64,000 nucleotides of DNA from Octopus vulgaris (GCA_951406725.2 OX597814.1:189534001-189598000); one strand, 5' to 3'. Positions 42,936 through 57,460 are shown, counted from the stretch's first letter. Made by a program: numbers and translations. Notes: generated by a model not told the origin, from the sequence alone.

Positions 42936-43129
42936 TGTATGTATGTATGTATGTATGTATGTATGTATGCATGTATGTATGTATGCATGTATGTATGTAT
43001 GCATGTATGTGTGTGTGAGCATGTGTGTGTGTGTAGGTATATGTATATGGACGTAGAAGAGCTTGCAAAACCTCAGGGTAACTACTGCAACTCTTTGTAT
43101 AGCAATGCATCTCTGATTATTATTTCACC

Positions 43130-43184
<55 letters not shown>

Positions 43185-43487
43185 ACATACATACATATAT
43201 GCATACACATACATGTATACAAACATATATATCGTATATTCTGCATATGCGTAAATACATCCTACAGTATACCTCCTACATTCATGCACATATATACGCA
43301 TCCACCTCAATATTGCCCTCCTACTTATACGCATGCACTTTGGAATCATTATACATACATACATACACATATATATATATATAGTAAATCCCCAAAAAAG
43401 AAGAACAACAAACACAAACAGACACAAGAACGCAAGGCGGGGTACATGCAAAGTTTTAGCAGACATTTGGGGAAGGAAAGAAAGATG

Positions 43488-43522
43488 GTTTAATGTTTCG
43501 AGCAATGCTCTTCTTCAGAAAC
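43488..43522 (-). ncRNA. Minimal hammerhead motif within a Penelope-like unit (~43400-43570)
   Basis: Reverse complement: gttt-CTGAAGA-a-gagc/att/gctc-GAAAC-att-aaac. Confidence 0.5.
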
Positions 43523-43589
43523 AGGAATATCCAGTAGAAAGGAAGGCGGAAGAAGAAAATCGCCAACGATTCACGCACACACACATACA

Positions 43590-43636
<47 letters not shown>

Positions 43637-43650
43637 ACACACACACGCAG

Positions 43651-43683
<33 letters not shown>

Positions 43684-43923
43684 CATATATACATACATAC
43701 ATACATGCATACATACTTACATACATACATACATGCATACATACATAAAGACGTATTCATCTAAAAGAAAACTGCCGTGTATGATCACTCTTAGAGATAT
43801 AGTCACTGATATATTTTCAAACAGTAGGCTGTGACAACAAGCAAAATTAGTAAACAGTAAGGAAATGCACTCATCTTACCATTCCACTCATAACCAAAAA
43901 CTAAAAAAAACATCAATGATAAA

Positions 43924-43925
<2 letters not shown>

Positions 43926-44001
<76 letters not shown>

Positions 44002-44080
44002 AAGAATAGTAGTAATAATAGTAATAATAATAGTAATAATACTAATAATAATAATACTGATAATAATAATAATAATAATG

Positions 44081-44150
<70 letters not shown>

Positions 44151-44152
44151 TG

Positions 44153-44204
<52 letters not shown>

Positions 44205-44233
44205 TAATAATAATAATAGTAATAATAATAATA

Positions 44234-44264
<31 letters not shown>

Positions 44265-44296
44265 TGATAATAATAATAATAGTAATAATAATAATA

Positions 44297-44377
<81 letters not shown>

Positions 44378-44464
44378 GTAATAATAATAGTAATAATAAT
44401 AATAATAACAGTAATAATAATAGTAATAATACTGATAATAATACTGATAATAATAATAATAATA
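43926..44464. repeat. (AAT)n array with AAG/AGT/ACT/GAT variants
   Basis: Direct reading. Confidence 0.95.
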
Positions 44465-45021
44465 AATGCCCTGATGCAGTACCAGGCAGTGGCTCTCATG
44501 GCTTCTGATCTTAACTGATTGGAAGTGTTATCATGTACATTGTTTTGTCTTGGTATAAAAGATGGGCTATAGCAAATATTCTGCTCAATACCACAGATTT
44601 GCTTGTCAGTTGTTTGGCCTTAACCAGTTGAGCATGTCCCTTAGTGGCTGACGATATGTGCATCTCTGATCACGATCAGAAGTAGTGGGGGAGCATCATA
44701 GCCATGTGTTGAGAGGGATTCTTTGGGGTTTGAATAATTCACCTCTGGAAACATAGGTGTTTCGTTCAACATCCTAAAGCAACCCTTATTCAGGGACCTT
44801 TTGAGCAGGATGGGCTACTCAACCTGAAGAAAATTCTAACTGGGCCCCACCTGCAAGGTCATGTGCTGTTTATCTTGATATGAGATCACCATGTCGCGCA
44901 CATATGGTTGTGATGCATGTGCCTGGTGTACCTTTATCAGACGGGTAGTCATGATGGGTATATTGGGCTTCGTATATTTTACCCCAGTGTCACTTTGATG
45001 GCATGCACTGCTCTCTCACTC
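44465..45021. mobile_element. 557-bp non-coding element in (AAT)n, copy 1
   Basis: aatgccctgatgcagtacc...gcactgctctctcactc; three copies with identical ends. Confidence 0.85.
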
Positions 45022-45076
<55 letters not shown>

Positions 45077-45084
45077 TAATAATA

Positions 45085-45641
45085 AATGCCCTGATGCAGT
45101 ACCAGGCAGTGGCTCTCATGGCTTCTGATCTTAATTGATTGGAAGTGTTATCATGTACATTGTTTTGTCTTGGTATAAAAGATGGGCTACATCAAATATT
45201 CTGCTCAATGCCACAGATTTGCTTGTCAGTTGTTTGACCTTAACCAGTTGAGCATGTCCCTTAGTGGCTGACGATATGTGCATCTCTGATCACGAGCAGA
45301 AGTAGTGGGGGAGCATCATAGCCATGTGTTGAGAAGGATTCTTTGGGGTTTGAATAATTCACCTCTGGAAACATGGGTGTTTCGTTCAACGTCCTTAAAC
45401 AACCCTTATTCAGGGACCTTTTGAGTGGGATGGGTTACTCGATCTGAATAAAATTCTAACTGGGCTCCACCTGCAAGGTCATGTGCTGTTTATCTTGATA
45501 TGAGATCACCATGTCGCGCACATATGGTTGTGATGCATGTGCCTGGTGTACCTTTATCAGACGGGTAGTCATGATGGGTATACTGGGCTTCGTATATTTT
45601 ACCCCAGTGTCACTTTGATGGCATGCTCTGCTCGCTCACTC
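45085..45641. mobile_element. 557-bp element in (AAT)n, copy 2
   Basis: Tandem to copy 1, separated only by (AAT)n. Confidence 0.85.
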
Positions 45642-46545
45642 AATAATAATAATAATAATAATAATAAACAACATACTAATAAAGTGAAATTCTTCAAAAT
45701 GAAAAAAAGAAGTTTACACAGGAATTAGCTGTAATATAATCAAGATAACTCGTGAAAAGGAAAAAGATAGAAACGGAATAAATCTGCGAATAATGATCAT
45801 TTCCTTTCATTCAAAATGTATTTTGAGCGAAACTAGATATATACAAATCTGAATTTAAAATGATGTCAAACTTCAAAAAAGACCATTTTTTTCCTGTCTT
45901 TCTTTTTCATTTAATGATTATCTTGGTTATTTGAAATAGATTATGATAGCTATCAAGATATCAACGTTGCTAGGCTTTATACAAAATATTTAGTTGTTTT
46001 TTTACACGCTTTTAAAACTGCACCTAATGCACTTTTTTTTTAAGTGTGATAAGACATTTGTATTATTAGTTAACTACGAAGGCCTATTTTATTATCTTTT
46101 GTCAAAGCTTCAGGAGGAACACTTGCGGTATATACGCTATGGTGAATTATAAATGAGTCTGGACAAAAAAAAATTGTACAAAAACGAAACAAGCAAGTAA
46201 TTATGAATATATTAGATGAAGAGGCGGCATTTTTCTTTTAGAAAACCCATCATATTTTTTTTGTTACTTTTATACCTAAGTAACACACACACACACGGGA
46301 AGAGACTTGAGTATATAGGTTTCTGTACATTAATGTGTTTATAATGTAATATGTTTACCATGGTTTAAATTTGTTATGACGTGATGTGTTTACTGTGGCT
46401 TCCTTCTAAACAAACAGCCAGGAAATATCTATTATGGAAAACGTTATTGTCGTTGCACTTTCGAGGTCATTGAATCCACCGCATATATAATATTACGTAA
46501 CAGCATGTTGGTATAGTTGGTATAGTGAGTGTCGTTGCGCAGTTG

Positions 46546-48070
46546 AGGAGAGGACGACGACGAAGAAGAAGAAGAAGAAGAAGAAGAAGAAGAAAACGGG
46601 GAAGAAGAGAAGAGAAGAAGAAAAGGGGAAAGAAGAGAAGAAGAAGAAAAGGAAGGGTAGAGGAGAAGGAGAAGAAGAAGAAGAAGAATGAGGAGGAGGA
46701 GGAGAAGAAGAAGAAGAAGAAGAAGAAGAGGGGGAAGAAGAAGAAGAAGAAGAAGAAGAAGAAAAAGGGGAAGAAGAGAAGAAGAAGAAAATGAAGGGGA
46801 AGAAGAGAAGAAGGAGAAGAAGAAGAAGAAGAAGAAGAAGAAGGAGGAGGAGGAGGAGGAGGAGGAGGAGACGAAGAAGAAGAGAGGGAAGAAGAGAAAA
46901 AGGAGAAGAAGAGAAGAAGGAGAGAAGAAGGAGAAGAAGAAGAAGAAGAAGAGGAGGAGGAGGAGGAGAAGAAGAAGAAGAAGAAGAAGAGGGGGAAGAA
47001 GAGAAGAAGAAGAAGAAAAGGGAGAAGAAGAGAAGGAGAAGAAGAAGAAGAAGAAGAATAAAAGGGGAAAGAAGAGAAGAAGAAGAAAAGGAAGGGTAGA
47101 GGAGAAGAAGGAGAAGAAGAAGAAGAAGAAGAAGAAGAAGAAGAACGAGGAGGAGGAGGAGGAGAAGAAGAAGAAGAAGAGGGGGAAGAACAGAAGAAGA
47201 AGAAGAAGAAAAGGGGGAAGAAGAGAAGAAGAAGAAAATGAAGGGGAAGAGAAGAAGAAGGAGAAGAAGAAGAAGAAGAAGAAGAAGATGGAGGAGGAGG
47301 AGGAGAAGAAGAAGAAGAAGAAGAGGGGGAAGAAGAGAAGAAGAAGAAAATGAAGGGGAAGAGGAGAAGAAGGAGAAGAAGAAGAAGAAAGAGGAGGAGG
47401 AGGAGGAGGAGAAGAAGAGGGGGAAGAAGAGAAGGAGAAGAAGAAGAAGGAGAAGAAGAAGAAGAAGAAGAAGGAGGAGGAGAAGAAGAAGAAGAAGAGG
47501 GGAAGAAGAGAAGAAGAAGAAGAAGAAGAAGAAAAGGGGGAAGAAGAGAAGAAGAAGAAAATGAAGGGGAAGAAGAGAAGAAGAAGAAAATGAAGGGGAA
47601 GAAGAGAAGAAGGAGAAGAAGAAGAAGAAGAAGAAGAAGAAGAAAAGAAGGAGGAGGAGGAGGAGGAGGAGGAGGAAAAGAAGAAGAAGGACAAGAACGA
47701 GGAGGAGAAGGAGAAGGAGGAAGAGAAAAGAAGGAGGAGGAGAAAAAGAAAAAGAAGAAAAAGAAAAAGAAGGGGAGAAAAAGAAGAAGAAAAGAAAAAG
47801 AAGGGGAGTCAAAGAAGAAGAAGAAGAAGAAGAAGAAGAAGAAGAAGAAGGAGGAGAAGAAGAAGAAGAAGAAGAAGAAGAAGAAGAAGAAGGAGGAGGA
47901 GAAGAAGAAGAAGAAGAAGAAGAAGAAGAAGAAAAAGATGAAGATGAAGGAAAAGAAGAAGGAAAAGAAGAAGAAGAAGAAGAAGAAGAAGAAGAAGAAG
48001 GAGGAGGAGGAGGAGGAGGAGGAGAAGAAGAAGAAGAAGAAGAAGAAGAAGAAGAAGAAGAAGAAGAAGA
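46546..48070. repeat. ~1.5-kb polypurine (GAA/GGA) tract with higher-order units
   Basis: Nearly all A/G; recurring gaagaagagaagaagaagaaaatgaagggg unit. Confidence 0.95.
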
Positions 48071-48528
48071 CCACTACCATCATCTCACTTTAAAAGCTAG
48101 CTTATTCCGTTTCCATCAGTATTCTGAAAGTAGGAATGTTTCATAAAAATGCTTCATAAAAACTCCAGTGCAATAGAGTTAAGCAGGATGCAAATGAGAC
48201 CAAATAAATGAAACATTAGAAGTGAAACATTTATATTTTATTTTTGGAATATTTTGATATTGCTCTTTTAGTTTTTCTTATTAATTCTTCATATTTCTTT
48301 ACTCTTCTTTAATCTATTGAATTCTTTCGCCTCACAAAGATCATAGATTGAATATTCTTTACACACAGCACAGCGTAACGCATTTCTCAAATATCCACCA
48401 AAACCTAAAGAATATTCTGAATGAACTGCTTGCGTAGAGAGTGTTCAGCTCTTCTGAGTATTCTAATCATCACAGAAGTGAAACACCTTTATAAACTGAA
48501 AACTAACCACTTTTCATCAGATTTTATA

Positions 48529-48612
<84 letters not shown>

Positions 48613-48815
48613 TGTATGTATGTATTATGTATGTATACACAGACATATAAATGTGTGTATGTATGTATGTAAATATGCATATATATATGTATGTGTATGT
48701 GCAGTCATATATATATGTATGTTTGCATATATATATTTATATAAATACATACATACATACACACACATACATACAGGCATGCATACATACATACATACAT
48801 ACATACATACATACA

Positions 48816-48846
<31 letters not shown>

Positions 48847-50569
48847 GATGAATTATATACTTAGAAGTGAAGTGTGTATTTCTGCAACGATTCTATTAAA
48901 TAATTTCAATACATAGTGAAAATTTAAAATTCTATGATAAAATGTAGAGAATTAGAAGCTGTACATAACAATAAAAAAAAAGAGGCTCTTAATATTGTAT
49001 GTGATATAATATTTCATTCACCGTTCCCTCTTCAGATACTCTTTCGCGATATCATTAAGATATACAACCCTCGTGTATTGATATATATTTTGTTTGAAAA
49101 TTGTGATTTAGAATTGCAAAAAAAAAAAAGAAAAGAAAATGATAAAAAGTTGAGAGAGGAAAATATGTAATTCGATTAGGAATTTATTTACTAAATATTT
49201 GTGTATGAAAGAAAATTTCATGGAATTGCAATATAATTTCACCAAGAAAACAAATTATGTTTCTTACATAACAAAATTGTAATGGTAATTACGATAACTT
49301 CAAAATACAAACAACAAATTATCTGTCATTACGTTATGAAACCCTAAAACTTACAATAAAAAATATACCCATATATATATATATATATCTATATTCATAT
49401 TTATATTTATATATATAAGTGAAATATAGAGAAAAGTTATATTTTCTAACCTTTGATGTCTCCATTTTTCTTTTTTCTTTTTCTCGTTTTTCTATTTCGG
49501 ATCGATTTTAAAATTGTCGTCTGCTTCTCGCTTGTGTTTACGCTATGCCATATTACGACACGTCTTTCTATATGAGTTTGACCGACTTCTCCCTCCTACA
49601 CCCTAACGTGTTGGCTGTCTCGTTGCTATTTGTAACAAGTCTTTCTGTTTTACACGGTACATTTATTGCATATAAAGGTAGTTATAATGTCATACGTATA
49701 TAGGTTAGATTGTTCAAAAATCGAATGACTAATTTTCCTCCATTTATTCATCTTCCAATAAATATAGGAAAATTTCACTGAAGCCAGATTAAAAAGTAAT
49801 TGTGCCTCTCTAGAAAGAACAAAATTAGTGCTTGTGCCGACTATATTTCAAATAGTAGCTTCAACCTCAAACGCATTCATATACAGTTATATAGATATGT
49901 ATTTTTTTTAATATTTTAATAAGGGAATACTTTAGTTTTCACGTTTTATAGGGCTTCCTGAAACAGGTGAGACGGAAGGAAGGAAGTACCTTGAAACTGG
50001 AAACCTGGCCCAGTTTCTTGGAACAGAACGGAATCTACTAAAGGCACCCAAAAGATATTTCACTGAAAAGCTGTTATTTCATAGACGTCAACTAAGGTAC
50101 GAACGTTATGTCTACCGTTTAGTTCTTGCAGATGTGAGTTGTTTAAGGTACGACAAAACAAAGTGAAGAATCAACTGTGGCACGCAAAGAAAAAAACCGT
50201 ATTTAACATACAAGTAAAAACATTTTTCGTAGCTTTGTCTATTTAATCTTCATTCATGCGGCTCAATTACTTTTAAACTTAAATAAAGTCAGTACAAATG
50301 TTTCCTGTTCCTCTTAATAGTTTAGACTTGTAAATTATGAATTGCCTAGATGAAGACTAGGGCAACTGTGACTAGAAATATATTGTAATAAACTAATTCC
50401 TCACATCCACAATTGAGCGTATACTAAAATTGATATGTTATTAAGTTCCTCTTAAATATCAACATGCACAACCCCCAAAATCCATTAACAACAGTAAGAG
50501 GATTTATTACATGTCTACAGGCATTCATATACACACACATATACAAATGCATATAGATAGATATAGATT

Positions 50570-50625
<56 letters not shown>

Positions 50626-50849
50626 TATTTGTACGTATGTATGTGTGTGAGTGTGTGTCTGTGAAGCAGCCTTTATAAGAAGTTATGAGAAGTGATGGTG
50701 ACAATAAGACCCAAAGGTGTCAGGTAATGCTGAGTAAGTGCTATGGACAGACCATAGTTAAGCTCCAGATTCGGTGATTATGCGAATAAAGAGTCCAACT
50801 TAGGTCTTATATCAGCATGTGTATATATATAAAAAAATTCACAATGAGA

Positions 50850-51100
50850 TCCAGGGCCGTGAAAGATTTCAGAACATTTATAAATAGAAGGTCTTACAGC
50901 TGTTTCCGGGATGGTGTGAGAAAATGTTTAAGCAATAGTTAATTTAGATGATTTTAAGTTTTATTTCATATCTCACCTAAATTAACTGTTGCTTAACCAT
51001 TTTCTCACACCGTCTCCGATGAAGGGAAAAATAAAATATCCCGGAAATAGCTGTATGACCTCCTATTTATAAATGTTTTAAAATCTTTCACAGCCTTGGA
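50850..51100. mobile_element. Inverted pair of Penelope-like terminal units containing a hammerhead motif
   Basis: 50850-50950 mirrors 50973-51100. The plus arm has gtct-CCGATGA-a-ggga..tccc-g-GAAAT-agct-GTA-tgac (51012-51059). Confidence 0.65.
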
Positions 51101-52584
51101 CTATACAGTGTACATTTAAACACATAAGAGGTATCCGTCATAGGATTTCTTCCAAGCTAGAAGGAACAGCTAAAGTTCAAACTACTTTAACTGTTCCTTC
51201 TAGCGTGAAAGGAATCCTATCATTCCTGTATGTACACTGTATTTATATGAATAATATATAGTCTATCGACTAATTTTTCTACACGCTAGGCCACAGGTAA
51301 TCAAAATGTCTAAAATCTTTATTAACCTGATATTATTAATTATATACATACATACATACATCCATACATACATACATACATACATATATGTATATATAGG
51401 CATACATGCATGCTTACATAATTCGCATATATATAAATATATTTATAAATAGATACACACATACACACATCTCTATATATACATATATATGTATGCATGT
51501 ATGTATTTATGTACGTATGTATGTATGTATGGATGTATGTATGTATGTATGTATGTATGTATGTATGTATGTATGTATGTATGTATGTATGTATGTATGT
51601 ATGTATGTATGTATGTATGTATGTATGTATGTATGTATGTATGTATGTATGTATGTATGTATGTATAAAGAGAGAGGATTGGGAGAGCTTACGGATTAAT
51701 ATAACGACATTTGCTATGAAAATTCTCTCGGTTTTAATCCAAACACGAAAAGAAGGCGACCAGCAATTTACATATCGAGATTCTGCACTTCGTTAAACAA
51801 CCCTTAGGCCTGGTTCATACGAAACACATGTTCGTTCATTTTTGTGTAAAATTCTCAAAAAACATTCTAATACATGCAGGAAAATGTAGTACTTTGATAG
51901 AAATCAGCAAACAATAAATCATCATTCTGTTGTTTTCTGCCAGAATGCCGTTTATAACCAGAAGCTGGATTAGCACAGAAGCATTGTACGATTCATGTTT
52001 TACAGAATAGTATTTATGATTATTCATGTTATCTGGGAGATGGACATAGTCTTCTTCTACAACAGCTTCTTACAATATGTGCTGGAATTAAGTGTAAGCA
52101 CATAATCACCTGTATGCATAATGATAGTAAATATTTAGAATATTGCCTTAACTAATATGCATAATGAAGTGCTTCAAAATCTGTACATTGCAAGGGAAGT
52201 TGAAATGAACTTTCTCATTTGAAATTTTCTCTTCTCTCTGCTTAGGATATCTTTATTGACTTGGCTACACACGGTAAAAGCGTCCTCTAAACATTGACGT
52301 TCGAGAGTGATATCCCTCTCCTTCGCTTCACACAATAGGCGCCAGATCCAATCCATTACTTCACTACTCAGTCTTCATTCTCTCTTTCTTTTTTTATTGC
52401 CTCCCTCCTTCTCTCTTTCATGCGATGTATCCCGATATATGAAGTATAGAAAGAGAGTCCCATTCTACAGAAGGGCAACCCTTTGATACTGTAAGCTATC
52501 GTCTTCTCGTATTCACTTGTAACATCTCGCATATAACAGGAATTACCATCAACAACAACATCCCCCACCTTGAGTCCTCTTTCT

Positions 52585-52830
52585 TTCTTATTCCTTTACT
52601 GCCCACGCGGGGCTACACACAGAGGGGACAAACAAGGATAGACAAACGGATTAAGTCGATTATATCGACCCCAGTGCGTAACTGGTACTTATTTAATCGA
52701 CCCCGAAAGGATGAAAGGTAAAGTCGACCTAGGCGGAATTTGAACTCAGAACGTAGCGGCGGACGAAAAAAGGCTAAACATTTCGCCCGGCGTGCTAACG
52801 TTTCTGCCAGCTCGCGTGCTAACGTTTCTT
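52585..52830 (-). mobile_element. SINE B
   Basis: Family consensus match. Confidence 0.9.
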
Positions 52831-53441
52831 TCTTTGTGAATTCCAGTGCGGTTTCGTAAAATCTGATATCCTGGACATATACTTTCCTCTTTTGCTCATC
52901 CGCGGGCCTTCACCCTCGAATATTCACAGGAAAAGCATTTGTTGCACTCGGCATCTGTAAATCATTCCATCATCTTTGGCACGCGAATATTCTATAGAAC
53001 TCTCTGCTTATGAGCTATATCGATCCTTGGATCATTTGCTTCGTTTCAAATGACAAAATATGGTGTGTATTTATGGACGGGCTCACTTTTACTTACACTC
53101 CATCAACAAGGTCTAATGCTTCGGTTTTGTTTCACACTCCTCCTTCTAACTCACAATTATTATTATGATGACACATGACATCGAATGCTTTTCCTCGCCC
53201 TCTAACCCTTCGCAATTTAACGCCACTCACATGCAACCTTCGGTCCTCGCAATAAATCTGTGCTGACTCCGTGTGCAAAGACTTCGTAAACAGCCTTCTG
53301 TCATGTCATGCCAATCATGACTCTTTAAACAACTCAAAGGAACAATCAACACACATCAAAAATCGGTTTTACTCCCATACATGAAAGTGCGGCCAAACAC
53401 ACGCACACATGCACACACACACTCACATACGCTGGCACATG

Positions 53442-53475
<34 letters not shown>

Positions 53476-53756
53476 CAAAAACGCATACGCAGACATACTA
53501 AGCTGCATCCAAATGAAAGATATTCGGCCAACTGGCGTAAGTCTTTCACAAACATACATTTAGCCTTCGACATGTTTATTCACCTTTCGTTCTTTATTTC
53601 TTCTACGACCACAGAGGCCAAGTGTCTAAAATATGGTTATCTTGAATCAGTTGCGAGCAGTTTCAAAGTCAAACAAATAATGGAAAGTATTAGTTAGGTG
53701 TTGTAGCAAATGTATACGAAGTGGATATTAATTACACTCATTGGATAATAATAATG

Positions 53757-53840
<84 letters not shown>

Positions 53841-53843
<3 letters not shown>

Positions 53844-54397
53844 GCCCTGATGCAGTACCAGACAGTGGCTCTCATGGCTTCTGATCTTAACTGATTGGAA
53901 GTGTTATCATGTACATTGTTTTGTCTTGGTCTAAAAGATGGGCTACAGTAAATATTCAGCTCAATACCACAGATTTGCTTGTCAGTTGTTTGACCTTAAC
54001 CAGTTGAGCATGTCCCTTAGTGGCTGACGATATGTGCATCTCTGATCACGAGCAGAAGTGGTGGGAGAGCATCATAGCCGAGTGTTGAAAGGAATTCTTT
54101 GGAGTTTGGATAATTCACCTTTGGAAACATGGGTGGTTCGTTCAAAATCTTTAAACAATCCTTATTCAGGGACCTTTTGAGTGGGATGGGCTACCCAACC
54201 ACAAGGAAATTCTAACTGGGCCCCACCTGCAAGGTCATGTGCTGTTTATCTCGATATGAGTTCACCATGTCGTGCACATATGGTTGTGATGCATTTGCCT
54301 AGTGTACCCTTATCAGATGGATAGTCATGATGGGTATACTGTGCTTCGTATATTTTACTCCAGTGTCACTTTGATGGCATGCACTGCTCTCTCACTC
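53841..54397. mobile_element. 557-bp element in (AAT)n, copy 3 (more diverged)
   Basis: Same termini; (AAT)n on both sides. Confidence 0.85.
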
Positions 54398-54406
54398 AAT
54401 AATAAA

Positions 54407-54493
<87 letters not shown>

Positions 54494-54809
54494 TACGTTT
54501 ATATATTTGTTTTGCAAGATTTATGATGTGAAATCGTGTGTTGAAACAGATATTGTTGTATTTAGGAATGGTCATGTTGCCAGTTTAGCCAATAAAAACA
54601 CACGCACTATGTATTTGGTGTTACTTTGCTTCAGTGTTATTTAATAATCATTTCTGTTAATCGGAATTTTTTCAAACCATTATATGGCAAAGACGAGATC
54701 TTACAATACGTATATTTAATGTAGAGAACACTCACTACCCTGAAGTAGTTATCTTTTAGCCTCGTTGTTAATATTCATAATCAGTATCACCACCTAACCT
54801 ATATACATT

Positions 54810-54871
54810 AACCTTAATCTTATTTCGGCCAGAGTTCTTTCATCACACTCCTGTGACCTCATCAGTGGTCC
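54810..54871 (-). ncRNA. Hammerhead-like motif
   Basis: Reverse complement: ggacca-CTGATGA-ggtca...tggcc-GAAAT-aagattaaggtt. Stems I and III are imperfect. Confidence 0.4.
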
Positions 54872-55104
54872 TTTGCTTTCTTCTTTCTTATTTGTGTGTC
54901 TCTCCTTACTAACGGTCAGCCATTTTGTATTCCTATTGTATGTGTCTTCATTTGCGCATGCGTATACCTCTATGTGTGTCTATTCCTAATTAGTGTGTGT
55001 GTGTGGGAGGGAAGTGCCTGTAATATTTGTATCTCCTGTTTATATACGTTCATGTAATTTGTTTTTTTTGTTTATTTTTATTTTGTTCATGTGTTTACAC
55101 CTAC

Positions 55105-55160
<56 letters not shown>

Positions 55161-55460
55161 TTATTATTATTATAATTTTTAATGCATATAGTTATTTACT
55201 TCCATTTGTTTATTTATCTGTGTATGCTGAAACCTTTTAAGTGAACATCAGGAGCGGAAAATCTTGAACGCATTCAATAAAGTGGTAAGATCAGTCTTGC
55301 GCAAACGTACACATACACGCATCAACACACACATACACACACGCGCGCGCACAGCACGCATACACATACATGAATATATACACACATGTTGAAAATTCAC
55401 ACGCACAAACACGAGCACACCTTAGTATGTGTGTGTATATATATACACATATATATACAC

Positions 55461-55560
<100 letters not shown>

Positions 55561-56161
55561 TGTGTATTATGTATATATTTATATATAGGCATACAGGCCA
55601 GAGGGGTTTGCCATATGTGTTATATAGAAAGCTATAAAGAAACAAAACACTTGGATTAGCAGTGATTTATCCATGCAATTATCCGAAAAAAACTCCCTTT
55701 AGGGATATTTCAAATTGCACATATTTACCCTTCTATTCTTTTATATCTTAAACATCGCCAGAGTGAATTTTTACCAACTAATTGCTGAAATAACCATTTC
55801 TGTTAATCGGAATTTTTTCAAACCATTATATGGCAAAGACGAGATCTTACAATACGTATATTTAATATACAGAACACTCACTACCCTGAAGTAATTATCT
55901 TTTAGCTAGCTTCGTTGTTAATATTCATAATCAGTATTACCACCTAACCTATATATATATATATATATACATACACGTGTATATACATACTCTTTTATTC
56001 TTTTATACGTTTCAGCGCTAAGGCTTTGGTCTTGTAGGAGCATACTACACTTATATAGATATATATTTATATATAGCAATAATAATTCTCTAAACGAGAT
56101 ATAGACAGTAACTGCTCCATAACATAAGGGACGTTACTGCTGATGGCTAACGTCCCTTATG

Positions 56162-56212
<51 letters not shown>

Positions 56213-57460
56213 TATGTATGAATGTATATTTATTTATACATAAGTACATATATGTATACATACATAGATACATATATGTTGAAAATAATATACGGTAGCC
56301 AGCCACAAATAGCATAAGACCTCTAATGAGACCACTGGTAGACATCTGCCTTATACACAATGCGAAGATATGTATATGTATGTGTGTGTATATGTATATG
56401 ATGCAAAACCTCTAACTCATAATTTATATATATATATATATATAGGCGTGCGTGTGTGTTTATGTGCATCAATGGATGTAACAGATTAGTGAGGTTTAGC
56501 AGTAGTAGGATATGCAGTGCAGAGGCTAGGTAATGTGTGTGCGTATTTGTGTGTATGTGTGTGTATATGTGTATGTGAGTGTATGTGCGTGCGTGTGGGA
56601 TCACTGTATGTGTAGATATATGCTTGTGTGCGCGCTTGTGTGCGCGCTTGTGCGCATGAGTGTGTGTATACAGATCTGTATGTATGTGTGTATATATATT
56701 TGTGTGTGTTTGTGCGTATGAGTGTGTATGTACGGGTGTGTGTTTGTGTATGCGAGGAACTTCTTGTACGTGCTTATGATTATATATAGAACTACGCGTA
56801 CGTATATATGTGTGTGCAGTAGCTACCTATGTTGTGTGTATGTGGGTGATGTAAGTTATGTATTTAAATGTATGGAAAGAGGAAAAATGGAGGAAAGATA
56901 AATGAGATTGGTGGGAGATATGGAATTTGGAATTCGTTACAAGAAGGAGGGTATGTCTCCAAAAGGCGATGAGTCCGTAAAAGGATGTAGAATCGCTCCT
57001 TGCGAAGTCTAGTCGTAGAATATCCATGGTTTAAGACTGATAGTATCCTTCATTGTTTTTATCAGTCAATGACCCCAACAATACAGAATGAGGTTGCAAC
57101 AGAGCAACATCAACGCCATATTCAAAATCAATCAATAGTTCATTCCTGGTTATTTTGGTTCACGAATGCTGTATCCTGTTGATTTTTTGTTGGTAATTCG
57201 CTATCAGTAATGCTCACATATTTGATATCAGTTTTCTGGAGTTCTATACTGGATGATAGCGTTATCAGCTCATATATATTCTACCTAGTTTTGTTACGTG
57301 TTCCGTGTTATACTGTGCTATAATGATTTCTTGATTCCTTGATTTCATTGCTTCAGCAACCGACGAGAATGTTTCGTACTTGCGGATCATATCAGAGCTT
57401 GAATCAGGAAGCCTACAGTTTTCATATTTACACTGGCATTTTTATATAACAATTTTGTCA

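Noticed and set aside
43865-44518. Poly-Ile ORFs
   Set aside because: Translation of (AAT)n.
46444-48093. Long ORFs (up to 538 aa) of poly-F/S/L or K/R/E
   Set aside because: These are stop-free translations of the GAA/TTC tract in several frames on both strands, not genes.
52174-53340. Coding-like minus-strand sequence (also 4180-4570), perhaps decayed LINE ORF1
   Set aside because: Purine skew is suggestive, but no motif could be assigned confidently without a search.
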